DNA from: Octopus bimaculoides
Lineage: Eukaryota
Length of the DNA: 63,317 bases
Assembly: GCF_001194135.2 (NCBI RefSeq)
Contig: NC_068986.1
Location: 13,499,334 to 13,562,650, forward strand
Direction of reading: 5' to 3'
Shown: one piece after another, positions 25,373 to 37,188 of the stretch
How the letters are laid out: each line of letters begins with the position of its first letter
Numbering within the stretch: the first letter of the stretch is position 1
Position numbers and translations under genes: made by a program
The notes under the pieces: generated by a model
Told to the model about the DNA's origin: nothing
Databases searched by the model: none
Seen by the model: the letters and a program-made list of their open reading frames with translations, nothing else

Positions 25373-27694
25373 ATGCTGGGTGACAACGAAGGCCTCTCAT
25401 TGGATAACGACAACTATCTGCAAAATTGGAAAGAAAAACGACGGTCAAAGAAGAAAGAGTTACCTGTTACCTTGACAGAAGAGGAAAAGGAGGAGGTGAA
25501 GAAAGCAAAGACAATGCTCACAGAGAGAGGAGGAGGTAATGTCAGGGGAGTGGGAAAAGAAGAGGCTGTATTAAGTATTGGAGGTGTCGCAATGAAGGAA
25601 TCAAGAAGATGGAGTGTACAGGGTTTGGGAGGAAAATTTGGTTTAGAAAAAGAGGCTGCCGCTTCCAAAGAGTCAGAATTAGAGAGGGTTTTTAGAAGAC
25701 GGGGAAGTGATTTAAAGGGTGTGAATTCTATGCTACAGCAACAAGAACAAGAGAAACATAATGAGGCACTCCGACGACAACAGAGGTCTCGGTCATTGAT
25801 CGGTTCTCTAAAGTACCATGACAATGATAAAAAAGCCGAAGATGACAAAGGCAAAGCTGATGGTGGTGGTGGTGGTGGTGGTGGTAGTGGTGATGATGGT
25901 GGTAACCAAGGGGAGCACGGTGGAGACGACGAGAAAGATGAAAAAAATAAGGATCAGAACACACTGCTTGATCCCCTTCATTGTCGACCTGGCCACCACG
26001 AAGGGGATAACCACAACATCAACAAAGACAACAGCAACAAGAACAATGTAACCCTCCCCAGACCTCGTTCTCGCAGCCATCAAGAAGCTCATCGGTTGTC
26101 TACAGGTGAATGTCTTAAACAAGCTCCTCAGACAAGGGTTTATGGAAGTGGAACTAAGGAAGAGGAGAAGGAGAGGATAGGAAAAATAGATAAAGAGAAG
26201 GAAGAGAAGGAGAGGGTAAGAAAAATAGAGAAAGAGAAGGAGAGGGTAGGAAAAATAGACAAAGAGAAGGAGAGGGTAGGAAAAATAGACAAAGAGAAGA
26301 AAGAGAAGGTGGACATCCCGGAGGTAGGGAAGAGGAAGAATAGTTATGGTGATAGTAGGAGTAGGGTGAGAAGAGAGAGTAACGACGATGGTGTGAGCAA
26401 CAGAAAGGAGAAGTCTCAGAAGGGTGAGGGTAAGAGTGAGAGGAGGGACGAAGGTGAGAAGGAAGGCAAAGAGAAAGTGAAGGAGGTGAAGCAGGAGGGA
26501 AGAGGTGTCGGGGAGGATAAGACCGACAGGTTGAGCGGCTTGAGTGAGCCGTGTGCAGCTGGGGATAATCCTAAGACTTCTGCATCATGCACTGACAGCA
26601 ACGCACCTTTAGTTGCTGCTGCTGCTGCTACTGCTGCTAGCAGTGTTGATAAAAAGTTAACACAGCCTTCACAGACTACTGCTGCTGCTACTACTACTAC
26701 TACTACTACTACTACAACTACTACTACTGATACTGCTAATATTACCACCACCACTGTTAAAGCTCTTACTTCTACTGCTTCAGCTGAAGCTAAAGCTGCT
26801 CGTCCTGTTGCTGTCCGAAGATCACAGCGACTAACAACAACAACAACAGCAGCAGCAACAACAACATCAAAAGCATCATCAGCAGCAGCAGTCGCTGCAG
26901 AAGTATCTAGTAAGTTTAAGCGACCCCAGAGCTCGTTTTCTCCATCATCGTTATCATCATCATCATCATCAGTTTCTGGATCTTCTCCTGTCTTCCAACC
27001 ACTTAAAAGACCACTGTCTTTGGCTCAAACTTCGTACCCATTGCCAGCTTCACCGTCCAAACTTCTAGCGAACACAACAACGACGACGACCACCACCACC
27101 ACTGCCACCAACCCTATTTCAACTTCAACATCGGATAGTTCCTCTTCTGCTGTTTCTCCTTTGTCTTCACTTCTGTCTTCTTCCTCATCCTCATCTTCAC
27201 TAACCAGACCACTGAGAGTAACTGCACCAACATCCGGCCTTCTGCCTCTGGCATTGAAACCTCGCCTTGGCCTTACAAATTCAGAACCACAGACAGATCA
27301 GAATACAGCTCCGGCTCCAGAGCCAAATAAGTCCCAGGAAGTTGCCTCCACCGTTCCCAACATTTCAGAAGAGGTTGTCACTAAAGTTAACAGTTGCAAA
27401 AACAACAACCAGATACCACAACAATGCCTGGAATCAGCTCTTAGCAAAAGTGAATCTGACTCCAAAGAAACCAAAATTAGTATAGAACCTCCAAGTGATT
27501 CTGGACTGGACACAGGAATAAAACCACTTGTAAGTCCCAATTCAGATCTTGACCAAACTGATTTTAGTCAGTCAGATGACCACAATGAGGAGACGGATAC
27601 ATTCTCTGACATTTTGACCTCGAGCTTGAGGAAGTTATATTTCAACTCGGAACTCAGCAAGAGTGGTTCAGATATATATGGCATCATGAAGCAG
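25373..27694 (+). CDS. Large coding exon of an unidentified low-complexity, likely disordered protein (774 codons)
   Basis: 774 codons with no stop and mixed composition. ATG has A at -3. The exon ends at a strong phase-0 donor, AAGCAG|GTAAGC. No recognisable domain. Confidence 0.8.
26164..26310 (+). repeat. In-frame 30-nt coding tandem repeat (KEKERVGKID-like, about 4 copies)
   Basis: GAGAAGGAGAGGGTAGGAAAAATAGACAAA units. Confidence 0.85.
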
Positions 27695-27749
27695 GTAAGC
27701 CAGAAAACATTTAAAAAAATTTCCTTTTTGTTTCGTTTTTTTATTTGCT

Positions 27750-27905
27750 GTAGGCAGAGATGTGGTTGTGTGGTAAGAAGCTTGCTTCCTAACCACATGG
27801 TTCTGGGTCAAGTGTCTTCTGTCAAGTGTCTTCTGCTATAGCCTTGGGCTGACCAAATCCTTGTGAGTGCATTTGGTAGACAGAAACTGAAAGAAGCCTG
27901 TCATA
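27750..27905 (+). mobile_element. CORE-type SINE 5' half in the intron
   Basis: GTTGTGTGGTAAGAAGCTTGCTTCCTAACCACATGGTTC head, followed by the core. Confidence 0.75.
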
Positions 27906-27921
27906 TATATATATATATATC

Positions 27922-28130
27922 ATACCTCGAGACTAAGATCCCCATTGAAAAGCCGGTATTTATAGTGTTAAACACTTTCAGTATGCAAATTAGGGATTCC
28001 TTCATAGAATAACTTCTGCATTTATTGAGTATATAAACAGTCTGGCTGCTTGTTTCTCTGGAGACTGTCAGAATGATGTAGATGCCTCTGATGAGAACCA
28101 AATAAGGTTTGAAAGTCGATTAAGGTTGTT
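27922..28130 (+). mobile_element. Penelope-like element remnant (possible GIY-YIG start plus decayed hammerhead)
   Basis: A GIY-like AGIYSVK motif at about 27953-27973, about 110 nt upstream of a hammerhead in the same orientation. Confidence 0.45.
28084..28126 (+). ncRNA. Decayed minimal type I hammerhead ribozyme
   Basis: GCCT-CTGATGA-GAACC-AAATAA-GGTTT-GAAA-GTCGAT-TA-AGGT. The core is intact, but the stem II closing pair and the stem III palindrome each carry a probable C-to-T change. Confidence 0.65.
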
Positions 28131-28424
28131 CATCATTTTTCTCAATCTGTGGAGAAATGGCTAAAATTTGCCCTGTTTATAATTATACCATATGTTACCT
28201 ACAAGAGTAAACAAGAGAGACAGAGGCAGGCAGAAACAAGGAAAATGCCCCTTGCATTTGAATACTATGCAAATATTCTTTTAAAATACTTTTCATTTAA
28301 TTTTTCCCAAATTTAATTGTTTTCCATACTTACAGTTGAAAAAGTCTCAATGACTGAAACCGGTACTAAAATGTTTTTTATAAAATTATNNNNNNNNNNN
28401 NNNNNNNNNNNNNNNTATATATAT

Positions 28425-28580
28425 GAGTGGTTGGCGTTAGGAAGGGCATCCAGCTGTAGAAACTCTGCCAAATTTAGATTGGAGCCTGGTGTTGCCATCC
28501 GGTTTCACCAGTCCTCAGTCAAATCGTCCAACCCATGCTAGCATGGAAAGCGGACGTTAAACGATGATGATGATGATGAT
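28425..28580 (+). mobile_element. RTE LINE terminal 150 bp
   Basis: GAGTGGTTGGCGTTAGGAAGGGC...CGGACGTTAAACGATGATGATG. Confidence 0.85.
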
Positions 28581-30065
28581 ATAATGTGTGTCTGTGTCTT
28601 TGTCCCCCATTACTGCTTGTTGACAACTGATGTCAGTGTTTTATCCTAGTAACTTAGCAGTTCAGCATAAGAGGCTGATAGAATAATTACCAGACTTAAA
28701 AATTGCAATAAGTGCTTGGATCAATTCATTCTACAAAGAATTCTTCCAGAAAGTGCTCCAGCATGACCGCAGTCTAATGACTGAAACAAGTAAAAGAATG
28801 AAAGATAAAAAAGAACTTGTATGGTTCAATGTATTTGATAGCATAAAAGGGTGCACAGATGTGTTAGATGCGCAGGTGTATCAGATACACAAGTGTGTTA
28901 GATGTGCAGGTGTATTAGATGCACTCTTGTTGGAGCAAAACATATTCATGGAAAAAATGGCTTTTAGTGCATTAAAGCATATAAGCCTAACTTTGCAAAA
29001 TGGACCCATGGTCGGATTAAGACTCATGAAGGTCCTAAGCTCTTAAAAGAGTTTGGGGCCTTCATATTTTTGTAATTCAAAATATAAACAATAATAAACC
29101 ATAAAATAAATATTATTTTTAAAAATGAAATAAAACTAATTGCAAAATGGAAAATAATATTTAATTTTGTATATTTCCACTTTATTTATAATTGAAAAGT
29201 TTTCTCCTAGTTTTTTTTAATAGAAAAGTTTTTGATCAGATATTCACTAGGACACTACGTACACTTCAAATTTATATTTCTGATCATATAAACCAGGGGT
29301 TTTCAAACTTTTTGACTTGCGGACCCCTTTATATTTCAGCCGTTACCTTAGGGACCCCCTCATAAACTCTTATGAAATTTATACATAAATATTTGCTTAA
29401 AATAACATATTTTTACATTTATTTATTTAACAGTATTTACCAAATAGGTTTATTGTCAATTAAAAGATTTTGATTAAAAAATTTATATAAAATCAAATTG
29501 CCCATAAAAAGTATTTGCTGTCCACGGAATTATGCTGTTTTTTAAGCACCATTTAAGAAAGTTTGTTTGGCATCCGGTTATAACAGTGACTCCATCAATT
29601 CCTAGGCATATTTGAAGAAGGAAATATCATACCAGACTATGGATGATTAAATTATAACAGTTATTATAGTCCATTGTTTGTATTATAGTGCATTGTTGTG
29701 TCATTCAAAACAATTTATTCTTTATTATAACTAATGGGTTTGCCCATTTGATGCCAAAACTTCCTGTTTTTAAGTGATCCAAATTAAAAGCTTCCATCAA
29801 AATTTCATGTAATTTATATTCCAAACACCAACTTAATAATAATTGATTTTATTAAATTCTTCATTATTTTAAAAAATCAACTGAAACAAGGACAGGGTAT
29901 TTCAATGGAAATTTGGTAAAAAAGGGGTTCAAGTAATCGAAATTGAAACTTTTCAAAACATTTACTTAATCATGATAACTATTCTATTAAATTCTTGGTT
30001 GTTTTCAAAATTAATTGAAACAAGGGCTGTGTATTTCTGTAGAGATATGGTAAGACAAGGATTAA

Positions 30066-30289
30066 TCCTTTTGATTCCAAGCTGTCTGAGATTGCCTCGA
30101 ATTCTATGATGCAAACTTCTTGTTAATATGATTTATGTTAGAATCTATCATTGAAATTTCATATTAATTCATGCTCCAAATACAAAACTTAATAATGACA
30201 AAGTTTGTTTATTAAATTTTTTATTATTTTAAAATTTAATTAAAACAAAAGCAGTGTTTTTTTTCGGCAAAAATATAGTAATGAAAGGG
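30066..30289. mobile_element. piggyBac-type MITE; related decayed copies at about 29735-30065
   Basis: TTAA-TCCTTT...AAAGGG-TTAA ends. Confidence 0.55.
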
Positions 30290-30371
30290 TTAAAAATTAG
30301 GATAATGGATAAATCTCCTTCTCAAGCCACGTTAGTCATAGTTTCCTAATTTCTGTGATGACTATATTCCC

Positions 30372-30535
30372 CCTGGATGGGATGCCGCTCCATCGCAGGA
30401 TTACTCATTTTTTGCCAGCTGTGCAGACTGGAGTAATGTGGAATGAAGTGTTTTGCTCAAGAACACAACACACTATGTGGTTCAGGAATTGAAACCACAA
30501 TCTTACAATCAGCCTCATCACTAAGCCACAGGGCA
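30372..30535 (-). mobile_element. Family C SINE fragment
   Basis: TACTCATTTTTTGCCAGCTG...GTGTTTTGCTCAAGAACACAAC. Confidence 0.65.
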
Positions 30536-30774
30536 TGAAATATCGGATAATGTAGTTCTGGGTCTATAATCATATGGAATGATCATATGTGGAATGGATT
30601 TGATAGGTCTGTCCTCAACCATAGCAACTACAAACACACCAAGATCTAATAGATAGACTTTTGTGTAGTTATAGAAATTGCAGTCAAATCTTCCTCAAAT
30701 TACACCGTTTTAACCTTTTGCTTGTCCAAAGCATCTTAATAAGTTTGTCCTGAATGTCTTTGCTTGCTTTTCAG

Positions 30775-30849
30775 GCTTTTAGTTACTCTGTTTCATATGC
30801 TCTGAGCAATATAAAGTTTCATAAATCTCAAAGTTACTCTGGTGGTTGA
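30775..30849 (+). CDS. Candidate terminal coding exon (AFSYSVSYALSNIKFHKSQSYSGG*)
   Basis: Acceptor TGTCTTTGCTTGCTTTTCAG|G. It reads open in phase 0, matching the 27694 donor, and stops at TGA 30847-30849. AATAAA at 31138 and 31299. Confidence 0.5.
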   Translation, partial: AFSYSVSYALSNIKFHKSQSYSGG

Positions 30850-33239
30850 CAAAAATTAAGAATGCGTATCATAAATGAGGCATGAATTCTGAGGAAATAT
30901 GTTCTGAATATCACACGTGACACAGGACAAGCAAAGGATTTAAAGCAGAGGGGACACACAGGATGATGTAATTCTTGATGGACTGTTTTCATCATCATCA
31001 TCATTGTTTAATGTCCGTCTTCCATGCATATTACTATTTTAAGTTTTGATAACAAAAATTATAATTACAACACAATGATGTTATTTCACTTAGCAACAAA
31101 AAACGAACAGACATCCTTTCCTTAATTAGAGTACCCAAATAAAAATAATCTTAATAACCCTAACCATAACCCAATTACCAACACTAATTAAATATTACAA
31201 CACAGGTCATTATATTCTTGTTGGTAGGAATAGAATAATATCTTTTTTACAAAATAGGCCAATGTGAAATTTTTCTCTCAACTTGAGAAATTATAAGCAA
31301 TAAAAAAAAAAAATATGCATAGGTGTGGATGTGTGGTTAACAAGTTTGCTTCCCAATCATGTGGTCTGGGGTTCAGTCCCACTACGTGGCACTTTGAACA
31401 AGTGTCTTCTGTTGTCGTTCTGGATTAACCAAAGCCTTGCAAGTAGAGTTAATAGACAGAAACTGAATGAAGCCTGCAGATCAGTGACCAGTGGTCACTT
31501 TGTTTACAATATATCGCTGGCTGGAGCAAACCCTGGCTATCGCTCTGGTGACAGGGTGCNNNNNNNNNNNNNNNNNNNNNNNNNNNNNNNNNNNNNNNNN
31601 NNNNNNNNNNNNNNNNNNNNNNNNNNNNNNNNNNNNNNNNNNNNNNNNNNNNNNNNNNNNNNNNNNNNNNNNNNNNNNNNNNNNNNNNNNNNNNNNNNNN
31701 NNNNNNNNNNNNNNNNNNNNNNNNNNNNNNNNNNNNNNNNNNNNNNNNNNNNNNNNNNNNNNNNNNNNNNNNNNNNNNNNNNNNNNNNNNNNCACTGTTA
31801 ATACTATTACAAACATCATTATTGTAATCCACCGCAGATGTGACAAACCTGGTGTATGCTGAAGGTGTGGGTGTGTGTGGGTGTGTGTGTGTGTGTGGGT
31901 CCATATTTGTCTGAGTAATCTTAAGCTGACGACAATGTCAATGATGATGATAAAGATATTGATGCTTACCCAGTATCCTATTAATTTAATTTTATAAGGA
32001 CTGTCTATCTATCTATCTATTTAAAATCATCATCACAATTTAATATATAAACACATGCACACAAACATATATAGATGATAATGATGATATATATATGATA
32101 TATATATTTATGTGATGTATATATATCGTATATATATGTGGCACCTTGGTAGGTGTCCTCTACTATAGCCTTGGGCTGACCAAAGCCTTATGAGTGGATT
32201 TGGCAGACGAGAACTGAAAGAATCCCCTGCTCTTATCTTCCAATTGTTTCATCAGTTTTTGATTCTTACACAAAACATATTACACATGATATATTTTAAA
32301 CATATTACACATGATATATTTTAAATATTAGCCAACATTCTAGAAGATAATTTTCTCCTCACAACTTGTTATTACAACTGATCAGTCAACACTTTCATCA
32401 TAACACAACCAGAAGTTGAAAAACATGCATCAGTTCTCATCTGTCATTGCTTTCGACGTGATTTCGGAATTGATTTCTATGTTGTTGAAAAAAAAATAAA
32501 GAAATAAAAATCAGAGACGGAATGTCAAGGTCGTTTATTGACTGGAAACCACAAATAAAAAAATATTTGAACATGTACGCATTCCAAACTATAAATTGTT
32601 TGTAAATTGCTCTTGTTTATATATACACTGCCATCGGTCGCCAATTGACTGAAAATCTCCGACTATGAAGATAAACTATCAGTGTGTGAATCTCTGGCTA
32701 GTCTTGTACTTTACAGAGCAAATAAACGACAGTTATGTAACGTTAAAAACCACAACTGTTCGATTAAATATCTAAATGTCTGGGACGAGTTGTTAATAAG
32801 ATTATACTACCGAGCATTAACGTCAACAATAAGAGACGCGCTACATATAGATCTAGGAATATGATATCTGGTGACAAGAAGAGATAAAACCGATCGAAGT
32901 ATCAGGCAAGCGCTGGAATCGATTTATATTCCGATAAATGCATTCTAGATGTGAATGGAATTATATAATAGAGAAGATTTTGATGAAGCAATGTTTTCTA
33001 GATGTAAATATTGATAGAAAAATGCTTCATTTTTAGACGACGAGGTTAAAAGATAAAAAAAATTATATTTGCATCTTCTCACAACTAATGTCCGAGTGAA
33101 GTTTTATGTGGGCTTCCAGCCTGCTAGAGGTAGCAGCCAAATCTTGACGTCACACACATTAAAGAAATTCTGAACACAATGGATAATGTAGTCCTAAAAA
33201 CAAAACGGGACAGTCACGGCTGGAATAAATTTCATTATA

Positions 33240-34017
33240 GCTGTGCTCAGTTTGAGTTTACTTTAGGCTCAGTAACAACGACAAAGACTAGAGCTAGTGC
33301 AAATTTCTCAGGGGACTGGATTATGCTCTGCCTGTGGCCAGCGTTGGAGGTCTCCTTAGTCTAAATGAATTCCGTATCTCCATCGCATCAAGAGGGGAGC
33401 TGACATCTGTAGGGGACTGAGATGCCGTTGTGGTAGGTCCCCTCGACCCCACAGGTCTTCACGGTATATCTTGATGCCTAAATGCTAGTGGCTTCGCTCG
33501 TCACATCCGAGTTAAATTTAATCATTAAGCAGGCCCTGGCTCGGATTCATATCTTCTCACGTCTGGAGCCATCGGGGTTATCCAGAAGTGATGGAAAGAG
33601 ACCAGATGGTCTTGCCTTCTGTCCCTGGGTTAGAGGCAGGTGCCTCATTTGGGACGCCACAGTTTCCGACACCTTTGCTCTCTTCCACATCCTGGATGTT
33701 GCAGCTAATGAGAGGTCACTGCTTCCGTAGCCGAATGGAACAAAACCCTGGAGTATCGGGACCTGACAGTGAACTGTCTCTTCCAACCTGTGATATTTGA
33801 GACGTTCGGAGGGACTGGACCACTAACCCAGTTTTTGTCAATGTTGGCAGCTCGCCTCACCGAGGTGTCAGGTGATGCCCGTGAGGGCGCTTGGCTTTCC
33901 TAACGACTTAGCTCCGCCGTCGCCCGTGGTAATGCTGCGAGCGTGCTGGCTTGCTTCAGTAGGTTCCCTTAAACCTTGTGGTGTGCGACCAGTTGCTTTG
34001 ATTAAAAAAAAAAAAAA
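33240..34017 (+). mobile_element. CRE-type (RLE) non-LTR retrotransposon 3' fragment with poly(A)
   Basis: Frameshifted CRCGRSLDPTGLHG (zinc-knuckle-like), LEPSGLSRSDGKRPDG...PWVRGRCLIWDATVSDTFA (PD..D nuclease), FQPVIFETFGG and RLSSAVARGNAASVL, then A14 at 34004-34017. Confidence 0.8.
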
Positions 34018-34672
34018 TTCTCAAACTTGAGGGGATAGGCCCCCTTAGATACTAACACGGGCCGTCATATATGGATTCTAATGGCGCAGGGGCCCACNNN
34101 NNNNNNNTCTAATTTTTTTTTTTGTTAAAAGTATTCTTTTCAACTTGTCTACAAGCACAGCCAAGCTAAAATAATCAATACATTCTTTCAGGAGTGAATA
34201 AAAAAAAAAAATTCTCAAACTTGAGGGGATAGGCCCCCTTAGATACTAACACGGGCCGTCATATATGGATTCTAATGGCGCAGGGGCCCACTTGCCATCG
34301 GGCAAGCTGGCAACCTGGCCAGTTTGCCACTGTATGTTTGTATGTTATATTTATGAAAATAAAAGACAACAGGAAAACGAAACATTACACGGCATTGTTT
34401 TAAACGTTGACACACAGTACATGGATGAAAAAGCCACTGGAGATATTTTTTTAAACTGACAAATGTTGGGAAACAACGAAAACTGGGTGCTCCTTGCGTC
34501 AGACAATTGTCTCTCAGAAGATTTTAAGTGAGAAATTATTTAAAAGAGAATATAACTTGTGTATGTGTCACACAATGCATTCGTCCGCGTGATCACACGA
34601 AATCTTTTACTTTTAGGTATACGACTACTTCCAAGAAATATTACTGGCTATACGAGAAAGTATGTAAATAGC

Positions 34673-34765
34673 TACCGTATTTACTCATGTATATACGTCA
34701 CACCCCATATTTAGTAATAAATTTTGGTTTTATCTATGTCCCACGCATAAGTCGCACCCTTGTGG
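34673..34765. mobile_element. pogo/Tc2-like MITE end
   Basis: TACCGTATTTACTC...TATACGTCACACCC and ATAAGTCGCACCC motifs. No partner end found. Confidence 0.4.
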
Positions 34766-34854
34766 TTTCCTCTCAAAATCATTTAACTAATGGCTAAGGT
34801 ATTTGGTTTCACCAGTTTGATTTGCTTGAGTTTGTGATTTTGAAATCACAATGT

Positions 34855-35654
34855 GGATCTTTTTTAAAACGGGGGCCACATTTTTCATTAACGAAACATT
34901 TTGAAACTTGGAACACTGGTAGAATGTGTCATATAAAGCATCTTTTTCTCTTAGTCTTCTTAAAAAAAAAAGAAATCCATAAGTTATTCCATGTTAAATT
35001 TGTCGTATTTCTGTAATTTCAACCAATCACTGACGTCCATTCAGCCGATATACATTAAGTGCCGACTATATAAACAAACGATTCTGAAACAATTAACCCT
35101 AACCCTAACCCTAGCGTTAGGGTTAAAGCAAATTTAAAATGAAAAAAGCAAATAAAACGAAGGTATGGAGATTAAATACGCTTTACACCGCTTAATCAGC
35201 CAAAGGAGTAAATCTAAACAACTGAATACTTGTCAGTGATTGGTTGAAATTANNNNNNNNNNAATCACTGACGTCCATTCAGCCGATATACATTAAGTGC
35301 CGACTATATAAACAAACGATTCTGAAACAATTAACCCTAACCCTAACCCTAGCGTTAGGGTTAAAGCAAATTTAAAATGAAAAAAGCAAATAAAACGAAG
35401 GTATGGAGATTAAATACGCTTTACACCGCTTAATCAGCCAAAGGAGTAAATCTAAACAACTGAATACTTGTCAGTGATTGGTTGAAATTATCGAAATAAG
35501 ACAATTTTTTACATGAAATAAATTCGAATACAAAAATATTTTTCTGTTCTATAACACAAAATAGATAAGTTTACGAAGTTTTAAAGTCTTTCCGTACCAA
35601 AAACACTACGTAAAACATTAATGAAAAATGTGGCCCCCGTTTTAAAATAGATCC
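34855..35654. mobile_element. Merlin-like MITE, family M1, copy 1
   Basis: TIR GGATCT.TTTTAAAACGGGGGCCACATTTTTCATTAA with an exact 8-bp TSD CACAATGT (34847-34854, 35655-35662). Contains (TAACCC)n and a gap-associated duplication. Confidence 0.8.
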
Positions 35655-36032
35655 CACAATGTAATCAGTATGCATGCGTACAACGACCGGAAGTTATGGG
35701 ATCTAGTACCGAAAGATCGTCAAATGGTTTACTTCAGTTCGTTGTAAAGGAAATAGATTAGCATTGTTTCATCAGTTTTTCTCTTACATCAAATTACTAA
35801 CCATGTTAGAGAGTATTGAACACATCATCATCGGCTTTAGTCACAAGACACAAGAAATATCTCAAATATACTCCCAACAACGCGTACGTCACACCTAATT
35901 CGTTAATTCTGAGTTTGTAGATCAATAATTGTGCCTTATCTCCGTCTTCTTACAGAGCATGCTGGCTCCGCTTTCAGACAATATCTGAATTAACCGATGT
36001 AAGTCAGTATCTACATCGTAATCAAAGGTTGT

Positions 36033-36620
36033 GGCGATCTTTCGGTACTAGATCCCATAACTTCTGGTCGTTGTGCGCACGCATACTGACTACATTATCT
36101 TATAGTGTGTTTATGTGTTTAAATTTTGAGAGCTGTATGAATCTGAGGGGGGAAGGTTTGAGTTTAGTGGGCCATTCATTTTTTAGGCGATCTTACGGTA
36201 CGAGTCCAAAATATCGGCCTTTTCCGTAAATAGTGTTGGAGAGAAACAGGGAAACAACGTCATAAAAGCGAAAGAGATACAGAGAGCGCGATTTCTTTTC
36301 AAGGATTTACGGTTAGGGTTTGGGTTTTAGGGTTTCGGTTAGGGAATTCCGTCCCTAACCGTAACCCTAACCCTAACCCTAACACCGTAGTGAAGATCGT
36401 GCGGGTGTTACGGAAAAAGTCGATCTTTGGTAAAGATCTCCGAAGACACTTTTTACGGAAAAGGCCGATATTTTGGACTCGTACCGTAAGATCACCATTT
36501 GTTTTTCTATTTAATATTGTCTTTTCATATTTTCAAGTCATTTAAAAACATAAACACACTATACGATAATGTAATCAGTATGCGTGCGCAAGTTATGGGA
36601 TCTAGTACCGAAAGATCGCC
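36033..36620. mobile_element. Merlin-like MITE, family M2 (about 90-bp TIRs)
   Basis: TIR GGCGATCTTTCGGTACTAGATCCCATAACTT with an exact 8-bp TSD AAGGTTGT (36025-36032, 36621-36628). A solo right end lies at 35663-35721. Confidence 0.8.
36186..36496. mobile_element. Nested MITE M3 with 45-bp TIRs and telomere-type repeats
   Basis: TIR GG(C/T)GATCTTACGGTACGAGTCCAAAATATCGGCCTTTTCCGTAAA. Flanks match at 6 of 8 positions. Internal TTAGGG-like tract followed by a CCCTAA tract. Confidence 0.75.
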
Positions 36621-37188
36621 AAGGTTGTTATTGTTTAGCCCTGGGCCAGCACTGATCCAGCCAACTTGCTTGTTTGTTTATAGTTGTTCATCAAGTTCAA
36701 CGATGACAGTCTTCTTCAATTGTGACTCTTTAATGACTGCATATCTCAGTCCTCGATATGTAGCTTCGGTCGCAAACGAGACATAACTAGCATAACTGTG
36801 GTGGATGGAATTGAAGCAATCCGCCCGGAAAACGCTTTTATGGAGGCGGCACTTGCAGTAATAAGCCCGTATAGCTGTTGGGGCGCAGGGGAAATACACA
36901 TGAATGTGAAAGGTTCGTAGTGATGCCTTTCATTTTTAAAAGATCCAGTGAACCTATTATGAAAGCCTGTCTGTGACTATATCGTCTTTTTCCTCAGACA
37001 TAATGTATCTAGAACTATATATGATCTGGTGCTATTCTTATTAAGCCAAGCTATTGTATAGACGTTCCCGTGTTGGCTATGAAAGACAGAAGTTGTTTTT
37101 GTATTTTAGCAGATAGCCTTCTTTGAATTCAAACCTGGAATATTGAAGTTCGAAAGTGAAACCGCTGGCCACTTTGATTACAATATCT

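Noticed and set aside
27695-27841. C-terminal 48 aa of the 822-aa ORF in the track
   Set aside because: Read-through past a strong GTAAGC donor into T-rich intron and a CORE-type SINE.
35025-35490. Tandem duplications flanking gaps (also 21510-21830 and 51100-51604)
   Set aside because: Near-identical sequence on both sides of an N gap is the pattern of unmerged contig overlaps.
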